Origin: Caldisericia bacterium
GTDB taxonomy: Bacteria; Caldisericota; Caldisericia; JAAYUI01
Assembly (NCBI GenBank): GCA_963674785.1
Contig: OY771555.1
Location: 960,001 to 1,024,000, forward strand
DNA: 64,000 nucleotides
Direction of reading: 5' to 3'
Shown one piece after another: positions 9,143 through 16,679 of the stretch. A program made the position numbers and the translations under genes. Within the stretch, counting starts at the first letter, position 1. Each line of letters opens with the position of its first letter. A model generated the notes under the pieces. It had not been told where the DNA came from and made no database searches. It saw nothing but the letters and a program-made list of their open reading frames with translations.

Positions 9143-9835
9143 CTATTTTGGGTCGATGTCTTTGACCATATCCAGCTGGACTTTTTGAATCTCCATTAAC
9201 ATTTGCCAGTTGTTTTTTATAAAGCTATCGAGTTTTTCATGTAACATTCTTATCTCAAGTTCAGCTTTCAGGTTTATTTTGTAATCGTTTACAGATCTGA
9301 TTCTATCCCTTTTTTCTTGCCTGTTTTGACTCATCATGATTATTGGAGCTTGCAGGGCTGCAATACATGAGAGAGCGAGGTTTAACAGTATAAATGGGTA
9401 TGGATCGAATCTTCCGAAAATCAAGAAAATAGAATTGCTGATAATCCACAGCAAGATGATGCTACAGAAAATTATTATGAATTTCCAGCTTCCTGCAAAT
9501 GTTGCCAACTTATCTGAAACCATGTCGGCAAAAGTTCTATTTTCGTCTATATCCTCATCAATGTTTTCTGAAATGAGACCTTTTTCCTGTATGCTTTCTA
9601 TTACATCTATGACATCTTTGTTATCACCATCGGTATGTTTTTCTAGAAGCCCCTTTATGTATTTTGCCCTATATTCATTTAGATCTTCTGCACAAATATA
9701 ATCATAATCCTCGATGTTGGGGTAATCCTTTTTTATGACATCAAGAATTTGAATGCTGACGAAAGATAGAGGGAAGAGCCTCTGCTTTGGTTTTCTTGGG
9801 TCACAATTGCATATTATATTCTTTTGTTTTTCCAT
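9143..9835 (-). CDS. DUF1003 domain membrane protein
   Basis: FAGSWKFI, FDPYPFILLNLALSCIAALQAPIIMMSQNRQ, DYKINLKAELEIRMLHEKLD. Confidence 0.92.
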   Translation of the reverse strand: MEKQKNIICNCDPRKPKQRLFPLSFVSIQILDVIKKDYPNIEDYDYICAEDLNEYRAKYIKGLLEKHTDGDNKDVIDVIESIQEKGLISENIDEDIDENRTFADMVSDKLATFAGSWKFIIIFCSIILLWIISNSIFLIFGRFDPYPFILLNLALSCIAALQAPIIMMSQNRQEKRDRIRSVNDYKINLKAELEIRMLHEKLDSFIKNNWQMLMEIQKVQLDMVKDIDPK

Positions 9836-9898
9836 TTATACCTCCATTTATGTGATCCCCTTATTGTAATTAAGAAACTAGTGCAGTAAAATTATAGT

Positions 9899-10213
9899 AT
9901 GAGTCAGTATGAAAGAGTTGTTGACATCGTAAAAGAGCTCAAAAAAGGTCTCAAGTCAAATGATTTAGATGAAAATCAGTTGGGACATCGATTGAATGAA
10001 ATTTTGCTCGAACTCGAATCGCAAGATGTGAAAGAAGATAGTCTGATGGTTTTTGTCCAGAAAATATTGAAAAATCAGTCTGATATTATTGGAAGAATAG
10101 AAAAAATTGAGAGAAGTATCAAATCCAATCGAGACTTGATAGATGAAGTCAATGAAAGAGCTGATAAATATTCTGAACTACTTCTCTCCTTATTTAAAAA
10201 GCAGAACAAATAA
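9899..10213 (+). CDS. Hypothetical coiled-coil protein, probably leaderless
   Basis: 104-aa heptad-rich ORF; TTGTAA-17-TAAAAT ends 6 nt before the ATG. Confidence 0.65.
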   Translation: MSQYERVVDIVKELKKGLKSNDLDENQLGHRLNEILLELESQDVKEDSLMVFVQKILKNQSDIIGRIEKIERSIKSNRDLIDEVNERADKYSELLLSLFKKQNK

Positions 10214-10730
10214 GATAGTGGGTTTTTGAAAGTCTCCCAAGTTTTTTCTGTTGGCTACTGTTACTCTTCAAAGATCTTTTCAAAATCACTTTAGTCAATC
10301 CTCCCCATGTAGGGCTTTTTTTGTCACCCTTCCATTTGGTGATAAGAGTTTTTCTGTATGCTTCAAATGTTGGTAGGTTTTTGTATGGTGTACAGTTGTG
10401 GAAATCATGTTCCTCAAGAACCCAATCCCCCGATTGAATTGATTTGAATCTTTCCTCTGTTTTGTGTAGTTTGCAGTTTGGGAAACGAGTTTTTCGTTCA
10501 TCACACAAAGCCTTCAAATAATCAACTGTCCAGAAGTAGTGCATTCTGCTTTTGAGAAGCCACTTTACAAGTGGATGATTAACATGCGTTGGTTTATATG
10601 GTTTATCAATCAACTCAGGATACGCTGTAGACAGAAGCTGTGCAGACTCAACAATGATTTTATTCAACCTCAAATCATCCAGGTGTTTTGCACAAATCTT
10701 TGGGTTTATGTTTGTTATAAAAAGCTGCAT
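10194..10730 (-). CDS. Pyrimidine dimer DNA glycosylase/endonuclease V-like protein (C-terminus probably frameshifted)
   Basis: CAKHLDD.RLNK.IVESAQLLSTAY, YKPTHVNHP..KW, AYR..L..KW..D...PTW. Confidence 0.72.
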   Translation of the reverse strand: MQLFITNINPKICAKHLDDLRLNKIIVESAQLLSTAYPELIDKPYKPTHVNHPLVKWLLKSRMHYFWTVDYLKALCDERKTRFPNCKLHKTEERFKSIQSGDWVLEEHDFHNCTPYKNLPTFEAYRKTLITKWKGDKKSPTWGGLTKVILKRSLKSNSSQQKKLGRLSKTHYLICSAF

Positions 10731-10735
10731 ATATT

Positions 10736-10773
10736 AAAAAAACACACCTCTTTTTCAAAAGAGGTGTGTTTTT
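10736..10773 (-). terminator. Bidirectional-type Rho-independent terminator
   Basis: AAAAACACACCTCTTTT-loop-AAAAGAGGTGTGTTTTT, directly after the 10786 stop. Confidence 0.75.
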
Positions 10774-10785
10774 AGACAGTATTTT

Positions 10786-10953
10786 TTACTTGTCCGTAAA
10801 CGGGATTATTACAGCAATGATACCTATTACGACCTTCGCAACTGCGTGCCACATTGGCTCAGAGCCTATAGCAAGCGAGGGAATAAGTGCCATTACACCC
10901 ATAATAACCAAGATGATTCCAACAATGACCAGTGATACCTTAGATAAACTCAC
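10786..10953 (-). CDS. 55-aa two-helix membrane microprotein (paralog 1, GTG start)
   Basis: SLSKVSLVIVGIILVIMGVMALIPSLAIGSEPMWHAVAKVVIGIIAVIIPFTDK; AGGGGG SD; conserved paralog next door. Confidence 0.8.
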   Translation of the reverse strand: MSLSKVSLVIVGIILVIMGVMALIPSLAIGSEPMWHAVAKVVIGIIAVIIPFTDK

Positions 10954-10984
10954 AGAATTACCCCCTTTGTCTCTTGATGTTGTA

Positions 10985-11013
10985 ATTATAGCAAGAAAGC
11001 CTGTATGTGTCAA
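10985..11013 (-). promoter_or_regulatory. Consensus sigma70 promoter
   Basis: TTGACA-17nt-TATAAT with extended TG. Confidence 0.85.
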
Positions 11014-11081
11014 ACATTGTTGTGTTTGTTACGCTTGATTTAACGCTGCTTAGCTTACAGAAAACTCTTAGATATGGACAA

Positions 11082-11249
11082 TCATTTATCGGTAAGTGGG
11101 ATTATGATCACAACAAAACCGATCATGATCTTTGCGATGGCATGCCACACTGGTTCAAAACCCAGTGCAAGTGAAGGAATTAGACCCATTATGCCCATTA
11201 TTACTAAAATGATTCCAACGATAACAAGCGTTACTTTAGGTAAACTCAT
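11082..11249 (-). CDS. 55-aa two-helix membrane microprotein (paralog 2)
   Basis: MSLPKVTLVIVGIILVIMGIMGLIPSLALGFEPVWHAIAKIMIGFVVIIIPLTDK; same length as paralog 1. Confidence 0.8.
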   Translation of the reverse strand: MSLPKVTLVIVGIILVIMGIMGLIPSLALGFEPVWHAIAKIMIGFVVIIIPLTDK

Positions 11250-11280
11250 AGAATTGCCTTCTTTATTTTTTAGTAGCTTG

Positions 11281-11309
11281 ATTATAGGTTGAAATGCGGG
11301 ATTTGTCAA
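11281..11309 (-). promoter_or_regulatory. Consensus sigma70 promoter
   Basis: TTGACA-17nt-TATAAT. Confidence 0.85.
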
Positions 11310-11352
11310 AAATTTATCAGTTAGTTATAATCGATACAAAGGGGTAACATCT

Positions 11353-12327
11353 ATGATAAAAAATATGTGGTACGCTGTTTTGGACTCAAAAGAAGTGCCA
11401 AAAGGGAAAATAGTTGGTGTCAAAAGATTGGGTCAAAAACTGGCGTTTTGGAGAAAAAATAACGGGCAGATCGCCTGTATTATTGATAAGTGCTGTCACA
11501 GAGGTGCATCGATTAGTAAAGGAAAGATTGTCTCTGAACGTGCTCAGTGCCCATTTCATGGATTTGAATATGATTCAGATGGAAGGGTGAAGGTGATCCC
11601 GGCAAATGGAAGAACAGCTCAAGTTCCAGAAAGATTTAGAGTTGATGCCTATCCTGTAAAAGAAAAATATGGATTCATCTGGGTATTTTGGGGAATACCA
11701 TCCGGTGAACTGCAGGAGATCCCATTCTTTGATGATCTGAAAGAAGGGTTTTATTATTCTCAGCTAAAAGATAAGTGGAGTGTCGATTACACAAGGTGCA
11801 TCGAAAACCAGATGGATGTAGTCCATGTTCCCTTTGTCCACTACAACACCATTGGCAAATCTGGTAAAACTGTTGTTTATGGCCCAAGGACAAAATGGGA
11901 CGATAACAAACTGACATGGTATGTCAAGAATGTTGTTGATGATTGCAAGGTTAAAGCAAAACCAGCAGATGAGATGGGGGATGAAAAAGACCTCTTTTCT
12001 TTGGAATTTGTTATGCCAAATATATGGCACAACATAATTGCTGATAAAGTCAGAGTCTTTGCTGCATTTGCTCCGATTGATGATGAAAACACAATGATCT
12101 ATCTGCGTTTCTATCAGTCATTCATGCCTATATGGGGTTTAAGGCACATAGTAGGATTTTTCGGAAGGATTTCCAGCAAAATCATCCTCAGACAAGACAA
12201 AAGAGTTGTTGTCACTCAACTACCAAAAAAAAGCTTTATGAAAATGGACGAAAAGCTCATTCCAGGTGACAGACCCATTGCCGAGTTCAGAAGAAAAAGG
12301 GATGAGATGATAAAAGAGAATGAATAG
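11353..12327 (+). CDS. Rieske non-heme iron oxygenase alpha subunit (VanA-like)
   Basis: Rieske CCHRGA...CPFHG; mononuclear Fe motif ENQMDVVHVPFVH; C-terminal LRQD. Confidence 0.9.
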   Translation: MIKNMWYAVLDSKEVPKGKIVGVKRLGQKLAFWRKNNGQIACIIDKCCHRGASISKGKIVSERAQCPFHGFEYDSDGRVKVIPANGRTAQVPERFRVDAYPVKEKYGFIWVFWGIPSGELQEIPFFDDLKEGFYYSQLKDKWSVDYTRCIENQMDVVHVPFVHYNTIGKSGKTVVYGPRTKWDDNKLTWYVKNVVDDCKVKAKPADEMGDEKDLFSLEFVMPNIWHNIIADKVRVFAAFAPIDDENTMIYLRFYQSFMPIWGLRHIVGFFGRISSKIILRQDKRVVVTQLPKKSFMKMDEKLIPGDRPIAEFRRKRDEMIKENE

Positions 12328-12449
12328 ATAATTCAAATCCTTAAAAAGGTGACAGTTAATGATATTGTGGAGGGATTGTAAATCTAGTTTGAGCAAAACT
12401 TTGTAATATTTGACTCCCAGATACTTTCTCCAGGTTCAGCGAATATTTA

Positions 12450-13382
12450 TTAGTTATTTTTTATTTTCGATATTAACTTGTCTACAAGCAATGGATCATC
12501 TGACATTAAGGCTACAATATTTGATAAGCTCAGACAAAATTCTTTGACCTGATTCTTATTGACATTATGCCATATTGGAAGAATAAGATTTTCATCACTA
12601 TCAATATTTTTTGCGAAAATTGATTCGAATTCTGCTTCTCCCCAGCCTTTGTTGTTGAGGAAATTTGGTGAAAGAACCAAAATACAATACTTGGTTTCTC
12701 TTAAGCCTTTTTCAATGCTTTTCCTTAGATTATCTCCAACTCCAAGCGAGAAGTCATCGTACCATACTGGGCAAAACCTCTGGGTTAGTTTTAATGCTAA
12801 ATCGCTTACCAAGACCTCTTTGTCACGAGAGTCGTGAGATATAAAAGCAAGCGGACTTCGATCTTTTGTTGTTGCATCCAAGTAGTTTTTGTCTCTGATA
12901 ACTGGGTATAAACCTGCCTTTTGGCCTAATTCTAAAAGAAAGTCTCTTTTGTTTTTTTCAATATATTTCTCAACATAGATGAACACTCTTTTGTTAAATT
13001 GGGTATCAGATAGTTTTTGATGATCACCAAATCCTTGATGGCCAGAAAGTACATCAAAACCACCATCGGGAGAGTTTAATTCCAGAGGCTTTTCTAGTCC
13101 AATCCCCTCTACTCTAATCTTTTTTCTTCTAGAAATATCATCTTTTCCCAAATCACATTTTTGCACATAATCTGTTTTGTATATTAGGTCGATGTACTCA
13201 GCATAGTGTGGGGTTTCGGGTATATATGACTTAACTAGTCTTGTATTATTATTTATATCGAAACACACTTTTAAAATTGCTGAGGGCAAAGGATTTTTGT
13301 TGTTGTCATTGAAGTTGAGTATTAATCCTTGGGTAAAAAAATTGCTTAAATCTCTTTCAAACAAATCTTTAACAGTATTCAT
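12450..13382 (-). CDS. Protein with unknown N-terminal domain and C-terminal TIR domain
   Basis: AFISHDSRDK, VWYDDFSLGVGDNL..SIEKGL, VLSPNFL...W..AE (catalytic Glu position), ILPIWHNV. Confidence 0.88.
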   Translation of the reverse strand: MNTVKDLFERDLSNFFTQGLILNFNDNNKNPLPSAILKVCFDINNNTRLVKSYIPETPHYAEYIDLIYKTDYVQKCDLGKDDISRRKKIRVEGIGLEKPLELNSPDGGFDVLSGHQGFGDHQKLSDTQFNKRVFIYVEKYIEKNKRDFLLELGQKAGLYPVIRDKNYLDATTKDRSPLAFISHDSRDKEVLVSDLALKLTQRFCPVWYDDFSLGVGDNLRKSIEKGLRETKYCILVLSPNFLNNKGWGEAEFESIFAKNIDSDENLILPIWHNVNKNQVKEFCLSLSNIVALMSDDPLLVDKLISKIKNN

Positions 13383-13405
13383 GCTCCTCCAATATCAATC
13401 AAGTA

Positions 13406-14743
13406 TTACTCCCTAATCTTCCCCAGAAGTTTTGGAATATCTTGATATTCTTCCACCCACAAAACATTCAAACCCAGCTCATTAAAGTCCTGGGTTTCGA
13501 GGTTTTTGGAAATCTCAAAGACCTCTCCTGAAATGTCCGCGGAGTTTTTGTCTTTCATGATGAGATAATGTTTCTTTTCGTGGTTGATGTTTTTCCTGTT
13601 TGAAACATCAAGAAGTCTTCTGAGGTTTGGGTCTGTCAGACTGAGACCAAGGAAAAGACAGGTGTTTTGGCTGTATTTGATGAGCTGAATGATGTTTGAC
13701 CAGCTATAAACATCCATTGTTTTGTTGTGATATGAGTCCTCGGAAAAAACAAGTTCTGTATCTTCTGGAATCTCACCTGTTCGAGGAAGGTACCCGTGAA
13801 CATGATAGATAGGGAGTTCATTCGGGTTGAAACGTACTCCATCATTGTAGATTGGTTTGAAATCAACCCTCAATTTTTGAAGCTCCTCCTCAATTAAGCC
13901 ATCAAAATTGAAAGTGATTATTGAATCAAGTGAACAACCGTTTCTCCTGCTTGGTTTTGAGAGCATCGCAATCTCTCTGATGAGGTCACATGTGCCGTTA
14001 CCACCCTTATATAGTGCAGCTCGAAGCTCCTCATTGAAAAAACTACCGAAATGGTTTTTAAGACTTTTGCCAAGGATGATTGGGGATTGGTTGTAATAGC
14101 TCAGGAAATCAGAGGCTTTTATTGGATTTTCTATGTTTAGGGCAAGTTGAGAGATCATCCGGTCGAGAAGGTCTTCTATCAGGTTGTTCCAGGTGGGAAT
14201 TCCTGCGCTAACAGAAACCCCAGCTCCACATACAAGCGACAAAGCACCATCATGGAAGGCATCTTGAAGATTTTCAATATATAGGTCATTGATGTTGTCT
14301 GGTCTTTTGATGAGTATTTCAGGTGGTGGACTTGCTTGTTCTCCACTTTCGAGTTTGCTTGCAAATTTGGCGAATGTTTCAAGCTGTTTATCAAAGTTTT
14401 CAGATAGGTCGATATAGACATTTGAAAACATCATCGGTGGAATCTCTGACATATCGATTTTATCAAACGTCAGAACATAAAGCTTCCTTGAATCAAATGT
14501 TCCGCCGAAATAATTGAGATATGTCAACCATACCTCTTTTGTGTTCATGTGCATTGTCTCGGCACTCAGAACAAGAAGCACCATCTCTGCTTTTTCATAA
14601 ACATCAAGAATCTCAGATGGTGTTTCCTCGTCTGGGTTTACATCAGAGACCTTAAAAACAGTATGCCCAAAGGCCTGGAGTTTTTCGGCTACTTGGTCAA
14701 CCCTGGCTTCGTCCTTGTGACCGTATTCAATGAATATATTCAT
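13406..14743 (-). CDS. TIR-like (N-terminal) / SIR2-family (C-terminal) fusion protein
   Basis: N-terminal NIFIEYGHKD...LLVLS...IPP....YIDLS (TIR-like). C-terminal GAGVSVSAGIPTW, ITFNFD, YHVHGYLP, CLFLGLSLTDPNLRRLL (SIR2_2). Confidence 0.85.
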   Translation of the reverse strand: MNIFIEYGHKDEARVDQVAEKLQAFGHTVFKVSDVNPDEETPSEILDVYEKAEMVLLVLSAETMHMNTKEVWLTYLNYFGGTFDSRKLYVLTFDKIDMSEIPPMMFSNVYIDLSENFDKQLETFAKFASKLESGEQASPPPEILIKRPDNINDLYIENLQDAFHDGALSLVCGAGVSVSAGIPTWNNLIEDLLDRMISQLALNIENPIKASDFLSYYNQSPIILGKSLKNHFGSFFNEELRAALYKGGNGTCDLIREIAMLSKPSRRNGCSLDSIITFNFDGLIEEELQKLRVDFKPIYNDGVRFNPNELPIYHVHGYLPRTGEIPEDTELVFSEDSYHNKTMDVYSWSNIIQLIKYSQNTCLFLGLSLTDPNLRRLLDVSNRKNINHEKKHYLIMKDKNSADISGEVFEISKNLETQDFNELGLNVLWVEEYQDIPKLLGKIRE

Positions 14744-14749
14744 GTATTC

Positions 14750-14778
14750 ATTTTAGTCACTTGAACATACAATCGCAA
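14750..14778 (-). promoter_or_regulatory. Putative leaderless promoter of the TIR-SIR2/TIR operon
   Basis: TTGCGA-17nt-TAAAAT-6nt-ATG, overlapping the end of the GNAT gene. Confidence 0.6.
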
Positions 14779-15608
14779 ATGTCAGCGATTGGTTTATATC
14801 CAATTTTTTGGTAGATGCTATTTGATGTGGGGTTTGCAAGGTCTGTAAAGAGTGTACAGAATTTTTTCCCACTTTTTAAGATTTCTTTTGATAGTTCTGA
14901 GACAACCGCTGTTGCGTAACCTTTTCCTCTTTCATCAGGCGGAGTATAAACTGATGCGACACATTCGCTGTTTGGTGTTGGTCTTGTCCTTGCTGCCATT
15001 GAGACCGGTTTATCCTTTTCCCAGAGATAAAAGAAACCTGACTTTATCTTGTCTTCAAGGTGATTTGAATCATCGGGAGTATTGTTACTATTTTCTCCAA
15101 AGCAATCGATCATGAATTTCTTTGTCCAATCAAGACACAGGTCAAAGTCATCCATGGTTGCGACACGAAAATTCCCTTCTGGATAATCACGTTTTGCAAC
15201 CTCTGTGAGTTTGAATATTCTCATACTCATGACAATTTTTAATTTTCTGCCAGTTTTTTCACAGTAGTTTTTTGCAAAAGTTTCTGCAATATTTTTTTCT
15301 GCAATCACTCCTGGGACATACCAGTTTGAGTTTCCGATATTTTTTGTGAGTGTTTCAACTGCTTCTAATGAATTATTTCCACATGCAATGATCTGGATTT
15401 TAAATGGTGGAGTCATCATAACAACAAGCTCAATTCCTGAACTTGAAGATACTGTTGCCAGTAAAGGTTTTGTTCCGTAGTAGTTGGGATCAGCTTTAAG
15501 AAGTTCTGCAATTCCAAGCATCAAGCCGTTTTCCGCTTCACTTGCAAGAAGGATTTCTCTAGTAGTATCTAAAAAATTATTTATATTATTGTATTCTTTA
15601 TACTCCAT
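14757..15608 (-). CDS. GNAT family N-acetyltransferase
   Basis: VYTPPDERGKGYA acetyl-CoA motif; LFTDLANPTSNSIYQKIGY. Confidence 0.9.
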   Translation of the reverse strand: MEYKEYNNINNFLDTTREILLASEAENGLMLGIAELLKADPNYYGTKPLLATVSSSSGIELVVMMTPPFKIQIIACGNNSLEAVETLTKNIGNSNWYVPGVIAEKNIAETFAKNYCEKTGRKLKIVMSMRIFKLTEVAKRDYPEGNFRVATMDDFDLCLDWTKKFMIDCFGENSNNTPDDSNHLEDKIKSGFFYLWEKDKPVSMAARTRPTPNSECVASVYTPPDERGKGYATAVVSELSKEILKSGKKFCTLFTDLANPTSNSIYQKIGYKPIADICDCMFK

Positions 15609-15611
15609 GTT

Positions 15612-16565
15612 TTATTCCACCTTTTCTACATTGTCTGCCGGGAATAAGTCTGGGGTAGACAGATATCTCTCACCTGTATCATACATGAAACAAACTATTG
15701 TTTTTCCAACAAATTCTGGTCTTTCTGAAATCTGTCCCGCAACCCAAACAGATGCTCCTGATGTTGGCCCAACAAGAATACCCTCTTTTCTTGCAATTAA
15801 TCTTGCTGTTTCAAAGGCGACATCATTTTCTACAAGGATGATTTCATCAAGATTTTGTCTTGATCTTTTGAAGTTGTCTGTAATAAATCCTGGGCCAATA
15901 CCGATAAGTTTGTGAGGAGCTTGAGCTCCACCTGAATAGACTGGACTTGCTGCAGGCTCAAAACCAATGATTTTTATGTTTGGGTTTTTGCTTTTGAGAA
16001 ATCTTGATAGACCATCAAATGTCCCGCTTGTTCCAAGACCAATTATTGCAACATCGATGTTGCCGTTAGTTTGTTCCCAAATCTCTGGTCCTGTTGTTGT
16101 TTCGTGTGCTTTTCCGTTGTTTTGGTTTCCGTGTTGATTGAGGAAAAATGTCGTATTTGGATTTTTATCACAATACTTTATAGCTCTTTCTCTTGCACCT
16201 TTTGTGTGTTCAGCAGCGGGGGTAAGCATTACTTTTGCGCCATATGCACAAAGGATTTGCTGCCTCTCGACACTGCAAAGCTCACTCATGAAGATACGAG
16301 TTTTATAATCTAGCATCGCTCCCAAGCTTGCAATCGCAATTGCAGTATTACCACTGCTTGCCTCAACAACCTCTGTTTCTGAGGTTATTTTGCCCTCAGC
16401 CATCACTGTTTTTATCATTGATCTGACAGCTCTATCCTTTACTGATGTTGGATTGCAGCGTTCCATTTTAGCAAGGATTCTTGCTTTAGGATCAACAAAA
16501 ACTTTTGTCAGTTCAAAAAGTGGAGTATTTCCAATCAAGTCACATGCATCAGTAATGATATTCAT
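15612..16565 (-). CDS. cysK: Cysteine synthase (O-acetylserine sulfhydrylase family)
   Basis: IGNTPL, NPTSVKDR (PLP Lys), EASSGNTA, HETTTGPEIW, GTSGT, GIGPGF, DTGERYLST. Confidence 0.9.
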   Translation of the reverse strand: MNIITDACDLIGNTPLFELTKVFVDPKARILAKMERCNPTSVKDRAVRSMIKTVMAEGKITSETEVVEASSGNTAIAIASLGAMLDYKTRIFMSELCSVERQQILCAYGAKVMLTPAAEHTKGARERAIKYCDKNPNTTFFLNQHGNQNNGKAHETTTGPEIWEQTNGNIDVAIIGLGTSGTFDGLSRFLKSKNPNIKIIGFEPAASPVYSGGAQAPHKLIGIGPGFITDNFKRSRQNLDEIILVENDVAFETARLIARKEGILVGPTSGASVWVAGQISERPEFVGKTIVCFMYDTGERYLSTPDLFPADNVEKVE

Positions 16566-16679
16566 AAAGCTCTCCTTATTTTTTTGTAATTGGGAGAAGA
16601 GTCTAATGATAAAATGTCAAAATGCAAGCGGAATGGGCTGGTTTACAAATTCATATATTTTTATATACTTCTTCCTGGT

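Noticed and set aside
10766-11292. Plus-strand ORFs 10766..11038 and 11074..11292
   Set aside because: Antisense shadows of the microprotein genes; promoters, SD and paralog conservation all support the minus strand.
12385-12449. Possible third 3'-end duplication (faint resemblance to the TIR-SIR2 end)
   Set aside because: Similarity is gapped and short, consistent with chance in AT-rich DNA.
14757-16565. GNAT and cysK as components of the TIR/SIR2 system
   Set aside because: Both look like ordinary housekeeping-type genes and the TIR-SIR2 gene has its own putative promoter; cannot be excluded without synteny data.
16590-16679. N-terminal extensions given by the ORF track (also at 4234, 5840, 7236, 8801, 27201, 44623, 52949, 61835, 61841)
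   Set aside because: Downstream starts fit SD/promoter position, signal peptides or paralog alignment better.
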